Source: Marsupella aquatica
Taxonomy: Eukaryota > Plantae > Marchantiophyta
Assembly: GCA_973895155.1 (NCBI GenBank)
Contig: OZ316899.1
Coordinates: 5,769,241-5,833,240 of the forward strand
Length of the DNA: 64,000 bases
Direction: 5' to 3'
The notes beneath the pieces were generated by a model that saw only the letters and a program-made list of their open reading frames with translations, made no database searches and was not told the DNA's origin. The position numbers and the translations under genes were made by a program. Each line of letters begins with the position of its first letter. Position 1 is the first letter of the stretch. Positions 10,301 through 23,033 of this stretch are shown here, one piece after another.

Positions 10301-13120
10301 ATTATCATCTTTCGAAATGCCACTTGCTCCACCTCCGTAAGTAACCCATCCGAACCAATCTTAAGCTTTGCCAAACTCTCTTGAGTAAACTTATGCCCTA
10401 TCCGATCAGTTGGCCTCAGCCTTGGTTCCAATCTCGCTCGATCCATACCCTCCATTGCATCGTCCGGCAAAGGTATCGCCGCCGGCCTCACCTTCTTGTG
10501 GACCGTCTTGTATTTGGTACTCGAGTATACAAGCACGGCCATAGACGAGTACTGCCTTTCCAACTCCTTCTCCAGCTTGTCCCTTCCTAAGTTAGACTCC
10601 GCACATTCGAGTGGCTCTTCCTTTCCATTATCCATCCTGTTTTCCCTTTCACAAGGAGCTAAGGAACAAGCACTCCGCCGATCCACTCTTTTCAGCGAAG
10701 TGCCAAGTCATTTTCCGGACCTGGACCAGAGTCGACACTCTCAACCCTCAACCCTTTCCTATTCCTCTCGTTTCCAGGTAAAACAGCCGGAAATTGAACC
10801 ACCTCTTTCCCATCTTTGCTCCGAACCTTCACCATGAAGGTAGTATCATCCAGAACCTTCGTCTCCATCCTCCATTCAGTGATGAACGGCATGCCCAATA
10901 TCACCGGAAATGACAAGTGCTCATGAACAAAAATGTTACAAGCCTGCTTGACATTCCCGAACTTCACCATCACATTCGGACATCCGCCCCAAAGATAGTC
11001 CTTCATTGAACTCACCGAGTTCACACTCAAAAGCAACTCATTATCCACCGGCCAATTCTCCTTTTGAAACACCTTTGGATCCATCAAGTTGATCTTCGAG
11101 CCAGTATCAATGAGCACCCGCACCTTGCCTTCCATTCCTTCCACCTGGCACTCGCTCTCCGGACTTGCTCAAGCCCAGTATCCATCTCGGTAAGCATAAC
11201 CGTTTCCTTTCATTGAGCCCATGACATGAATGGTCCTCGACTGCACGGTAATGCTTTCTCATTCTCCCCCTTCAGTCGGGTCCCTGTTTGCCACAGACTC
11301 AACTTTGCTTCCGGTTCCCATGAGCTCCTCTTCTGCATCAAAGAACTCATCGTCCAAGTTCATGAGCTCCTCTTCAAGGGACTTGACCTTCTTTGGTTTC
11401 CCCAAGTCTGACTCTTTGGGGCCAGCAAGCTTACTACCTGAACCCATGGACACCCCAGCAGTGTAAGTTCGGAAACTCCCAATTTCCGTCTCGCCAGCCT
11501 CCCCCATCAAGGTGTGAGGGCCCTCTTTGTAAATCCGTTTCCTCTTGGATCTCTCCAAGATCGCTTCCGGGATCTCCCGCCTCATACTGCCAAAGAACTC
11601 TGCATTGGTAAACCCTTGAGCCTGTTGGCTCCAAAACTTCTCAGCTACAACCTCCGGGTACATGGCCTGGTCCACATCCCTGCCAAGCACCCAGCCCGGG
11701 TCCTTCCTGATTGGTTTCCCTTTCTCCGGCTCTTTCTCGCTCATTTCCTCTTCTTCGAACCTAACCCTTCTTTCCTTGTCTCGAGTATCCCGCCTCTCTC
11801 GCTCCCCTAATTGAGACGGAGTGTCATCCTTGTCGGTTTTCTTCCTTTTTGACTCAACCGAGGCATCCCAGCTAGCCCCAACCTCAACCGTTATCACATT
11901 GATCAGCACCGGGTCACTCCATCCGGATCTCTCTCGCACCAGATCCGCCAAGCGCTTGTAAAACTTATACGTTTCCGTCACGGGGCCATCCAACTCCACA
12001 TTGTAAACATTCGCTTCTAGGTGCAAAGAGGACGCCTCTTCAACTCGCTTCCCAGCTCGCTTCTTAGCCAAAGCCTTCATGCCTCCCTTGTTGGAGTTGA
12101 ATGGAATTGGCTCTTCAGTATCGGCAAACGATATCTTTTTCTGACCAACTTCACTGACGAACTTGATCAGCCCTTTATCCGCAGCTTCCCTTAGGTCCAA
12201 GCACTCCCATTTATCATGCTCTTTGCTATTGCACCACATGCATGGCCAACTCTGCATCTCTTGCTTCCTCTTGGGAGCACTCGCAACCCTCAGTTTTGGA
12301 TTCTCAACCGCATGTGCCGCCAAGATCTTCAGGTTCTGCATCATTTTCGCGAGATCATCCACCGATGGTTTGATCTCATCCTTTGCTGGTTCTTGCTTCC
12401 CTTTCCTCAATATCGGTTCCGACGGCCTTAGGTCGAGAGTGGTAGCCTCCTTGTCTAGCTCTCACCGCCGGTGTTGATTGCTCACTTTTGACACCGCTTT
12501 CTCAACTTGGTTCTAGTCGTTAGACAAGGTAACTCTCAAAGGTTCCAGCAGCTCCATCGCGTTCTCAAGCTCCTCTCGAAGGTCCTCATTGGCTGCCCTC
12601 AAGAAGGGCGTCAAGCGCTCAACTCAATGATTCCCACATCCCGCTTCGGTAACTGAGACACCCTTCTCTTGAACTCCCTTAGGAGCTCTTGCGGCCCCTT
12701 CAGCTTCTTGTTCCTGTCATTCACCCAATCCAAGAAGGTAGCCTGCGTGACCCGACCAGCATCCTCCGCTTGGAACTCCTCTTTCATCTTCTGGTCGAAG
12801 TCATCCCAGCCCTCAGCTGACTTAACGATGGTCCGCACTGTCAAACTCAACTCCTTCTCAACCAGCACCATGAACTCTTTCACAGCTGTCCCTTCGTCCA
12901 ACTTGTAGACAGCTGCTTCTGTCAAGTAAGACTTAAGGTAGCTTGTCACATTTCTCCCATCGAACTGCCCATTCTCCTTCAGAATCTCTTGGAGACACCG
13001 AGTAGTTCTATTCGCTTCCCTGTTCGCCCTTTCCGACTCAAGCTCTTCCTTCCTTATGGTTCTCATCATCGACATGATGATGCTTGAGATTCGATTGACT
13101 TTGTCATAGTCACCCATCTC
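7309..13120 (-). pseudogene. gag-pol: Element B gag-pol (several stops and frameshifts)
   Basis: Gag FDGRNVTSYL and CMWCNSKEHDKWEC knuckle; protease LIDTGSKINL; RT LPQGATNS...FIDDV; RNase H TVDAS; integrase GHKG..CEICQ, WAVDVV, RADRG and WQGPY. Confidence 0.92.
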
Positions 13121-13142
13121 ATCCAATCGCCCCAAGGAATCC

Positions 13143-13157
13143 CTAGTATGGCCGCCA
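13143..13157 (-). promoter_or_regulatory. Putative primer-binding site of B (TGGCGGCCATACTAG); primer not identified
   Basis: TGG-starting sequence 1 nt inside the 5' LTR boundary at 13159. Confidence 0.6.
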
Positions 13158-13510
13158 ATGTCACGAGGACTTAAAGTTAGGGGCTCCTCGGGCAAACTGT
13201 GCATTTCTGGCTACGATTGGGACAGGCGACAAGCACTTTTCGGAGCAAACTCTCACTCCTTTATATTTTTTACTTTTCTCACAAAGGTTACAATAGGTGC
13301 CCTCGAGTAAGCTTGCCCACAAGAGTCTGGTAGCTGGCCCTATGGCGGGCCGCTACCTCTAACTTGTCGAGTAGAACTCCTTGAGTGACTAACTACTCAA
13401 AATCTGACGGAAAAACTATCCTCCTTAGGTCACAAAACCAAAACTTGACTAGCTACTCCACTAGTCTAAAACAGCTCACACGGAACTCGGGCCTGGACCA
13501 ACAAGGCTCC

Positions 13511-14915
13511 TGTGATGCCTAGACAGGAATCACTCGGCGAGTTAAGTGGGTAAAGCAGGAATGCACCCTGGAAACACCTTAGTATAGGGACAAAACAAGG
13601 AAAATATAAACAATTAGGGGCGACTATGGAACCCGGGCCGAGGCCGGAGGTAAGGACGCTGGGGGTGAAAACTCAATTAGGGTTAGGGCGCGCTAAGCGT
13701 CGGCGGCTAGGAAGGATCAACGGGAGGAAGGACCGGAAGAGGAGAGGGGTAAGGAGTGCTTGCAGGAGATGGTGGCTCATTTGCGAGCACGAACTAGGCA
13801 GACGACTACGGGAGGCCAACTACTGTCAGCTGCTTAGGCAAGCACTCGGAGAGAGAGTAGATACCGACGACCGACCTAAGGAGGGTATGAGCAACGTCAA
13901 TCAAGCGGCACATTTCTGGGGATGCCTGTTCGAACGGGCAACTGAGTACATCAAGACTTACGAGGACGAGGAATCAGAAAGGGCAGCTCAAGAACGGCAG
14001 GAGCTCGCTCGATTGTGGGAGCTGCAGAAGACGGCTTTCTTAGGAGGCGTGAGTGGGCAGGGCGGGCGCTGATCTCCAAGTTTAGGATTAGGATCAGGAC
14101 CAGGAGCGGCCCTGACACTTAGCTTAGTGGGATTGCGGTTCCACTGGTAGGAGCAACACTTGTGCTCCTGCCTTGCTGTACATAGGTAGATCCGGGCAAG
14201 TAGATTACTGTTAGGTAGATTAGGCTTACGCTGCAAAGAATTAGGCGGATCCACTACCAGGATAAGTACCTGGGCAGCGGGGAGCTCAGGGCCTCTTCTT
14301 TAGCAAGTTTTTAGTTTGCACCAGCCGGGCTGGGATCAAGTAGTAAGAGAAGCTCTCGGTTAGTCATACAGTGACCCTTGTGTATATTCATGTTTCCTCA
14401 TGCCTAAGAGCTGAATAGAGTTGGCCTCACGGCTTAGTTCGCAGAGTTTGTGTATGAGATGTACTATTTGTATGGCCAGTGCATGGTATGACTCAGTCAG
14501 AAGGAGTCATTTTGCTATTTGTGTGTCGCATTAACTTGTGTGAAGAGTGCCCACATCAACTAATAGAGGAAGGAAAGTAAGCAGGGGAGTGAGAGTTGGA
14601 TGTGTCGAGCTGAGAGAGGTCTTAGCGGCTTAACCAAGCCTATTGGGGATCATTCCGGCGGCGGAATCCAAACATACCTAACAAGACGGAGGGGAAGACA
14701 AGGGAAGGCCTAGATTAGGCCGGCTACGTATCTCATGACCCGATGAAGGATCTGTCCAGTATATGTGTGTAAAATGTTAATAGTAGTAGTAGAAGAAGGT
14801 TAGCAGCGTCCCATGCCGCTAAGCCGCGGAAACGGCCTCGCCAAGCACGAAACCTGCGGGAATCGGCTTGAGCTGGGGGGTTTCTTGGGTTTAGGGAGCC
14901 ATGGGACGCACCACA
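13511..14915 (+). repeat. Element C 5' LTR
   Basis: TGTGATG...CACCACA, repeated at an offset of 7612. Confidence 0.96.
13626..14072 (+). CDS. 148-aa LTR-encoded ORF (basic N-terminus, helical charged C-terminus)
   Basis: ATG-initiated and open in both LTRs; no recognised domain. Confidence 0.45.
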   Translation: MEPGPRPEVRTLGVKTQLGLGRAKRRRLGRINGRKDRKRRGVRSACRRWWLICEHELGRRLREANYCQLLRQALGERVDTDDRPKEGMSNVNQAAHFWGCLFERATEYIKTYEDEESERAAQERQELARLWELQKTAFLGGVSGQGGR

Positions 14916-14919
14916 TTTT

Positions 14920-14937
14920 TGGCGCTAGATGGAGGGG
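14920..14937 (+). promoter_or_regulatory. PBS of C, complementary to plant tRNA-Asn
   Basis: TGGCGCTAGATGGAGGGG versus the expected TGGCGCTAGAAGGAGGGG (tRNA sequence recalled from memory; one mismatch). Confidence 0.75.
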
Positions 14938-14984
14938 GCATTTCTTAAGCCGTGAGATATGAAGTTAGAAAGGAAGCATAGGTA

Positions 14985-17900
14985 ATGACTGACCTTACAC
15001 CGAGGGAAGAAAGAGTGATTCAACGGGAGAGAGCTCGACTGCAGCAGCTCGCCGGGTGGCATGATACACAGCGACTGAGAGGGGCAGAAAGAGCTGGTAG
15101 CTCCGAAGCTGGGAGTGGCATCGAAGAAGACATACCAGAAGAAGAGTCGATAAGGAGAAGTGAGTCTCCAACCGACATGGGGGAACCAGAGGCACGGTCA
15201 GACGAGAGGCCAGGGACCAGACTGAGCCAGCGGTCGCGCATTCATTACAAGGCATTTCATGGGAGAGGAGATGAGGATCCGGACGAATGGTTGGATGATT
15301 TCGAAGGAACCGCTGCAGCAAATGGAGAATCGGCCATCAAGATGCAGATTCTTCCCGGCCTGTTCAAGGGTGAGGCTAGGCCTTGGTACAGAGCATTAGA
15401 TGTGGAAGATCAAGCCATCTGGGATATCTTTAAAACACTCTTTGTTAAGGAGTTTCGACCCATTGGAACTTCAGAACTAGTAGTGCTGAAGTTGGGACGA
15501 CTTCGGTTCAAGGAGAACAAATCCTTCAGGAAGTTCTTGCAACGCTTTCAGAAATTGGTAAGACGTACAAAGACCAATGCATCTGAAGGTATGCAACTTC
15601 AATGGTTGGTGAATGCTTTGCCACAGAAGATGAGTTTTGCAATTAGGAAGGAGAACCCGGAGACCTTGGCCGAGGCAATTAAGAATATTCAATTATACAT
15701 TAATGCAGATATCACAAGCCGGAAGAAACAGCTTAAGTCTGAGAGTTCCTCATCAGAGGAGGGATCACCCCATAAGAAAAAAGATAAGAAGAAGAAACAT
15801 TCTAAGAACTCAAGCTTGGATAGTGGAAGTAGCAAGAGTGAGTCATCTTCTAGTTCTGAAGAAGAAAAAATAGGAAAAGAAAGGGCAGAAGGAGAGGGAA
15901 GACGAAAGTCAAGCTGGAGGCTAAGCCACCAGATAACATCGTGGCCCTTACCGAGCAACTTAAGGCTATAATTGCAGAGGTAAAGCCAAAGAAGAAGGTA
16001 GTACAAGAGGATAGCTCTGTATGGTGTGCCTTATGTTATAAAATCGGACACCATAAAGATGCGTGTCCTAAACTTAATACTAATCATGTTCGGCATGTGG
16101 CCGAGATCAGACCGTGTCAGGGAGAAGTAGAGTACTTTTTAGGAGATGCCGCTGATAGTGTTTTCGGCATCAGTGAGACTGGAGCACGAGACCTATCCAA
16201 CAGACCTGCATCCCTGTGGTCAGGATTAAGGAACAATCCAGGAGAGATGTATCCTCGGATTATTCAGAACCCGTCAGTACCTCCTAGGCCGAATGTGCAA
16301 AGATTTGTGGCATGCTATAATTGTGGTCAACCTGGCCATTTTGCTAGAGAATGCCCGAATGCACGCAAACAGGGTGATGGACAACCAGCTCAGCTATGTA
16401 TGGGATGCCGACAGGAAGGTCATATGCTAGGGCAATGTCCTACTTGGGTGGCAGGCCTGGCCGCAAATCCTAAACTCTTGCCAGTTAAGGTCTTACCGCC
16501 AGGTACTACCCCCGGAGGAGTTCAAATCAACCACATCGAACTAGGATGGCAAGAGGATGCCGAGGCAGAGTTCGTACCATCTGATGATGAGACCGAAGCC
16601 CTATCAACCTTCTCAGAAGAGGATTTAGATCATGATTGCTACCGAGTCTCTACTCGATTGACTAGAAGGAAGGAAAGGTGGGATGGGCTGGCCAAAAATA
16701 AAGGGAAGGTTACAGAGGAAAAGATCGACTCTTCGTCAACATCAACGGAAGGAGAAGGGAGGGCTCCGGCAATATAGGTAAGCCATGAGCCCACTTGTGA
16801 ACCCAATCCTTCACAAGATAGCGACTTCAATCGAGATCATCCTAAGTTGTTCTACCCCTCTGTTACGGCTAGTGTTAATGAACAACTGAGAGAATTAGAA
16901 ACCCTGGAGAATACCGAAGCCATTGCCAAGGATGTGAAACGAGCAAAAGCATTGTTTGCTTTGGAGGATCCAACAGCTGCGGAGATTAGCGTGGCAAAAC
17001 AGGCCGAATCCAAGATGGGAACACCACCAGAGGAGAAGCCGATTGTTCCCTATGACCTGGCTAAAGATATACTAGAATCTAGAGTCTCGGCAACAGTAGG
17101 TCAACTATTGAAAAATAGCCCGTACTTTCGGAAGCAGTTAAGAAAGGCGATCCTCGGCAAGCCAAGATTACCCAAGGTAGCGACCAGATCCGACGTACTA
17201 ATGATAGAAGAAGATCGAGGAGCCCCAACATTACCATTAATGATTCAAGGAGAATTATTACTACGGGTACCCATCGATGGAGGATCAGGGGTATGTATTA
17301 TGATTGATTCAATAGCAAAAGGGTGGGGTCTAACTCCAGAGATGACTGGAAGAGTGTTGAACATGGCCAATGGATATCAGGTCATTCCCACGGGAGTGTT
17401 AACCGGCATCAAGACAGAGATAGGAGGTATCTTTTTTAGCATTAACTATGTAGTAATGAGGCCGGTAAATCCTACGTCATTCCGGCTATTGATTGGTAGG
17501 CCGTGGCTATACCTAGCCAAGGTAATAGAGGATTGGGGTAAGAAGGAGTTCACTTTTGGGACCCCCTCTATCACGGTATCCTGGGATACCAAGGATGACA
17601 GCAGAAGAAGCATCAGGGAGGTAGACGGGTACGACAGTGGACTGGAGTCAGCCGATGAAGTACGTTGGCTAGAATGCCTCACTGACCTAACCGAAGAAAG
17701 TGTCTTTGGACCAGAGGTACCCCCCAGCGGATTATGGCAAGAACCAATGGAAGGTGACTTGGAAGAAGAAGACGAAGAGGTCGAGGACTGCTTTACAATA
17801 GAATCCACCTTTTTAGCTGCAATTCCGGAGGAAGTAAAGGATGTAGACCAATTGGATGAAACGGCTAAGTGGGGAGCAGCAGCAGGGACAGTGGATTTTC

Positions 17901-20900
17901 TGCAGGCGTTGTGGCAGAGCCGGCAGGGTTCACAACGCCATCGATCATCGGCAAAGAATTAAATACCAAGGGATCGGCATACAAGCCGATTACGAGGGCA
18001 GAACAAATTGAGGCCCTATTAGAAGCCGGGAGAGCACAGCTCCTGACCCTCAAGAGGAAGAGGTGGATGAGATGCACAGACACAATCCAGAGCCGAGGCA
18101 GGAAGGGAAGCCGACCACCAATTCAAAACCGGATAAACCGGCAAGGGGACAATCTATGGACACCAAGGAAGAGACCGACTCGGCTAGTACAGCCGAGATT
18201 CCAGTTTATGGAGGTATGAGACTGGAGAGACTGGAAGCCGAGCTGGACCCGAATTTGAAGAAGCAGATTAATATGATCCAAGCGCGGCAATATCGGAAGC
18301 TCGACTTAGGAGAGGGAAGAGAACTGAACTTAGGGAGAAACCTAGCACCTGAGCTAGAGAAAGAGATCAGTGACTTATTGATTGAATTTCAGGATGTGTT
18401 TGCATGGAGTCACCAAGATCTAAAGGGAGTAGATCCAACATTAGGGGAACATCGAATTGATCTCATGTTAGGAGCCAAATCATTTCGACAACCAATTCGA
18501 AGGATGAACCCGAAGTATTCCCTGCTGGTCAAAATGGAAATCGACAAACTAGTGGAAGCTGGATTCATCACTCCAGTCCTGCATTCAGACTGGGTGTCTC
18601 CAATTGTGATAGTTCCCAAGAAAGCTGGACCCGATGGTAAACCCAAGATCCGGGTTTGTCAGGATTACAGGAAGCTGAATGAAGCAACGTTAAAAGACCA
18701 TTTTCCTTTACCCTTTACTGATATGGTACTAGACATGGTAGCCAGTCATGAACTATATTCATTCATGGATGGGTACTCTGGTTATAACCAAATCAGGATT
18801 CGGCAGGAAGACCAAATCAAGACGGCCTTCATCACGGAATGGGGGATCTATGTCTTCAATCGTATGCCGTTTGGACTCTGCAACGCATCAGCTATGTTCC
18901 AACGATTGATGGTGAACATTTTTCATGATTACTTGAGAAAGTTCATGGAAATCTTCATTGATGACTTTGCAGTATTCGGGAAGGCATCAAAACATGCTAA
19001 ATATCTCAGGAAAACCTTCATGAGATGCAGAGAGGTGGGTCTCAAGTTACACCCAGATAAATGTTTCTTTGCAGTAACCGAGGGGGTGCTACTAGGTCAC
19101 AAGGTATCAAGGAAGGGCATTGAGATTGACAAAGGTAAGCTAGCAGTATGGCTAGATATCATGCAACCTAAGAACATAAAGGATGTAAGATCCTTCTTGG
19201 GATGCATTGGTTACTATCGCCGGTTCATCAAGGATTTTGCCAAGCTAGCTTTACCATTAACCAACATGCTCAAGGCAGGAGCAGACTTCGAACCCACACC
19301 CGAACGAGTCACAGCGGTGGTAGAATTGAAGTAGATGTTAGTAGAGGCCCCAGTCATGATAGCACCGGACTGGAACAAAGATTTTCATGTTTTTGTCAAT
19401 GTCTCGGGCTTCTATATCGGCTCAGTACTAAGTCAGTTGGATGAGAAAGGAAGGGACGATCCCATATACTTTGCAAGCCGTCAGCTTGCCGATGCCGAAC
19501 GGAACTACTCCACCACAGAGAGGGAAGCATTAGGAGTCATTTATTCTTGTAAAAAGTTTAGGCATTATTTACTAGGGTACAAGGTAATCTTTCATACCAA
19601 TCATGAAAGTTTGAAGTACCTAGTCAATAAGCCGAACCTTACAGGCAGAGTAGCAAGATGGATTTTGCTATTACAGGAGTTTGACTATGAGCTAAGGATC
19701 AAGCCGGGAAAGTTACACGCCAATGCCGATTTTTTTTCAAGAATCACAGGTGAACCTGCCACGGATTGCATCGATGATCGATTCCCCGACGAGGAGCTAT
19801 TCGTTGTGGAAATAGCTGATACATGGTACCCTGAGATTTTACATTTTCTCAGCACTTCCAGATTACAGCCAGGATTAAGCCGAGAACAAGCCGCAGTCTT
19901 TGTGCGGAAGGTCAGACAGTATCAGTGCATTAAAGGCATACTGCACAAGCATGGAATCAACGGCATGATTCAAAGGTGTTTGGAAAAGGGAGAGGTAAAA
20001 CGAGTCCTACGGGCCATGCATGGAGAGGAGGCCGGAGGACATTTTGCCCCAGTAACCACGTCTAAAAAGATATTAAATGCCGGTTACTGGTGGCCCACCT
20101 TGCACAAGGATGTCTATCAGTTTATCAAACAATGCGATCCTTGTCAACGAGCGGGAGGACCAAGGGCGTCCACCAGACATCCACTGCACCCTATTCTACC
20201 TCTGGCACCATTCGAGAAGTGGGGTATTGATTACATCGGACCTCTGAAACCACTGACCCACCCTCGACGAAACAAGTACATAATCCTGGCTACGGATTAT
20301 GCAACTAAATGGCTAGAGGCCAGACCGACCACGAAGGATGATGCAATTACTACGGCTAGATTCATGTATGAGCAGATCTTCACCAGGTATGGTGCACCCC
20401 TAGAATTAGTTAGTGATAGAGGAACCCATTTTCTGAATGATATAATTAGTCGTTTAAATGAGCAGTATTTAGTTAGACATAGGCCTACTACTCCCTACCA
20501 TCCAAAGGCAAATGGGTTGACAGAACGAGCAAACGGAATTATAGGAAAGATAATGAACAAGACAGTAGCTCAAAACAAACTCGATTGGGATGATAAATTG
20601 TTTGCTGCTGTTTTTGCTTACAATCTAGCCTATAAATCCACTACCGGTCATACACCCTTCTTCTTAACCTTTGGACAAGAAGCCCTGGTACCCATGCAGC
20701 TTGAGATACCGACATTTCAAGTTACAATTGAGGAAAAAGCCTCAGCGGAGGAGAGCCTAAAGGAGCGAGAATATAAGATAGAAGCTTTAGAAGAGGCGAG
20801 AATGATTTCAGCCGAGAGAGTAGAATATAGACAGAATATCATGAAGCAGCAGTATGATAAAAAGTTGAAAGTAGTTAGTATTCACACCGGTGATCTTGTG

Positions 20901-21134
20901 TTACTTTATGACAGTAGGTATAGTAGGTTTCCAGGAAAGCTTTACACTCGCTGGTTAGGACCCTTTAGAGTAACCATGAGGTACTCCAATGGCTCCGTAC
21001 AATTGGCCAACATTACGGGAGAAGTATATCCAGTTTGCATCCATTATGACCGCCTCAAGAAATACTATATGGACGAAGATGAAGTTGTTCGCGAGGACGC
21101 TTCACAATTAAGTGGGGAGCTATGTGATGCCTAG
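14985..21134 (+). pseudogene. gag-pol: Element C gag-pol (few stops and frameshifts); integrase ORF ends inside the 3' LTR
   Basis: Gag FHGRGDEDPDEWL and CYNCGQPGHFAREC; protease IDGGSG; RT MPFGLCNA and FIDDF; RNase H IYFASRQL..NYSTTERE; integrase WGIDYIGP, SDRGTHF and WLGPF. Confidence 0.95.
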
Positions 21135-22527
21135 ACAGGAATCACTCGGCCAGTTAAGTGGGTAAAGCAGGAATGCACCCTGGAAACACCTTAGTATAGG
21201 GACAAAACAAGGAAAATATAAACAATTAGGGGCGACTATGGAACCCGGGCCGAGGCCAGAGGTAAGGACGCTGGGGGTGAAAACTCAATTAGGGTTAGGG
21301 CGCGCTAAGCGTCGGCGGCTAGGAAGGATCAACGGGAGGAAGGACCGGAAGAGGAGAGGGGTAAGGAGCGCTTGCAGGAGATGGTGGCTCATTTGCGAGC
21401 ACGAACTAGGCAGACGACTACGGGAGGCCAACTACTGTCAGCTGCTTAGGCAAGCACTCGGAGAGAGAGTAGATACCGACGATCGACCTAAGGAGGGTAT
21501 GAGCAACGTCAATCAAGCGGCACATTTTTGGGGATGCCTGTTCGAACGGGCAACTGAGTACATCAAGACTTACGAGGACGAGGAATCAGAAAGGGCAGCT
21601 CGAGAATGGCAGGAGCTCGCTCGATTGTGGGAGCTGCAGAAGACGGCTTTCTTAGGAGGCGTGAGTGGGCAGGGCGGGCGCTGATCTCCAAGTTTAGGAT
21701 TAGGATCAGGACCAGGAGCGGCCCTGACACTTAGCTTAGTGGGATTGCGGTTCCACTGGTAGGAGCAACACTTGTGCTCCTGCCTTGCTGTACATAGGTC
21801 GATCCGGGCAAGTAGATTACTGTTAGGTAGATTAGGCTTACGCTGCAAAGAATTAGGCGGATCCACTACCAGGATAAGTACCTGGGCAACGGGGAGCTCA
21901 GGGCCTCTTCTTTAGCAAGTTTTTAGTTTGCACCAGCCGGGCTGGTTTCAAGTAGTAAGAGAAGCTCTCGGTTAGTCATACAGTGACCCTTGTGTATATT
22001 CATGTTTCCTCATGCCTAAGAGCTGAATAGAGTTGGCCTCACGGCTTAGTTCGTAGAGCTTGTGTATGAGATGTACTGTTTGTATGGCCAGTGCATGGTA
22101 TGACTCAGTCAGAAAGAGTCATTTTGCTATTTGTGTGTCGCATTAACTTGTGTGAAGAGTGCCCACATCAACTAATAGAGGAAGGAAAGTAAGCAGGGGA
22201 GTGAGAGTTGGATGTGTCGAGCTGAGAGAGGTCTTAGCGGCTTAACCAAGCCTATTGGGGATCATTCCGGCGGCGGAATCCAAACATACCTAACAAGACG
22301 GAGGGGAAGACAAGGGAAGGCCTAGATTAGGCCGGCTACGTATCTCATGACCCGATGAAGGATCTGTCCAGTATATGTGTGTAAAATGTTAATAGTAGTA
22401 GTAGAAGAAGGTTAGCAGCGTCCCATGCCGCTAAGCCGCGGAAACGGCCTCGCCAAGCGCGAAGCCTGCGGGAATCGGCTTGAGCTGGGGGGTTTCTTGG
22501 GTTTAGGGAGCCATGGGATGCACCACA
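21123..22527 (+). repeat. Element C 3' LTR, with a second copy of the 148-aa ORF at 21238-21684
   Basis: PPT AAGTGGGGAG immediately upstream; near-identical to 13511-14915. Confidence 0.96.
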
Positions 22528-23033
22528 GCTCCAAACTTGAGAAATCCTCGCCTGGATCGACGAGACTCCAAACTTGAGAAATCCCCGCCTAGATCAATGA
22601 GACTCCAAACTTGAGAAATTCCCCGCCTAGATCAAAAACTCCACACCTGGATCCAACACTTGCTCAGAACTCCAAAACCGCCGCACAACAGTCGAGTTCT
22701 GCAGAACGGAGCGGAACTCACAGAACGCAACTCAACAGATCTCAATAGACAACCGCCAACCTCAATGAGCCAAGGCTCAAGTCTTAAGTAGCATCGGAAA
22801 CCCAACCATGCAGCCTGAGCCAGTTGCCATCAGCGAGGCTCATCCAAACTCCAAGCCTGGTGATTCACCCAAACACCAAACCTGGTGACGACGAGTCACC
22901 CAATCACCAAACCTCAATCCATCCAACCAAGCAGCCCCTCCGAGTTAGCATGCACGCAACCCAACCGGGAGGCCTCGCCCATCATCCCCTATAAAAGCTA
23001 TTCCTGAGCCGAAATCTTTTGGCACGACAACGT

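Larger units (their letters stand above)
13511..22527 (+). mobile_element. Element C: full-length non-chromovirus Ty3/Gypsy (Athila/Phygy-like), recent insertion
   Basis: 1405-bp LTRs differing by roughly 18 substitutions (by-eye count). TSD GCTCC at 13506-13510 and 22528-22532. PBS, PPT and gag-pol present. Confidence 0.96.
6404..23029 (-). mobile_element. Element B: Ty3/Gypsy LTR retrotransposon without chromodomain, 4-bp TSD ACGT
   Basis: Two LTRs with TG/CA ends, PBS-like site, PPT and gag-pol. TSD ACGT at 6400-6403 and 23030-23033. Confidence 0.93.
13159..23029 (-). repeat. Element B 5' LTR, split by element C (13159-13510 and 22533-23029)
   Basis: Matches 6404-7252 once C and one TSD copy are removed. 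Confidence 0.92.
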
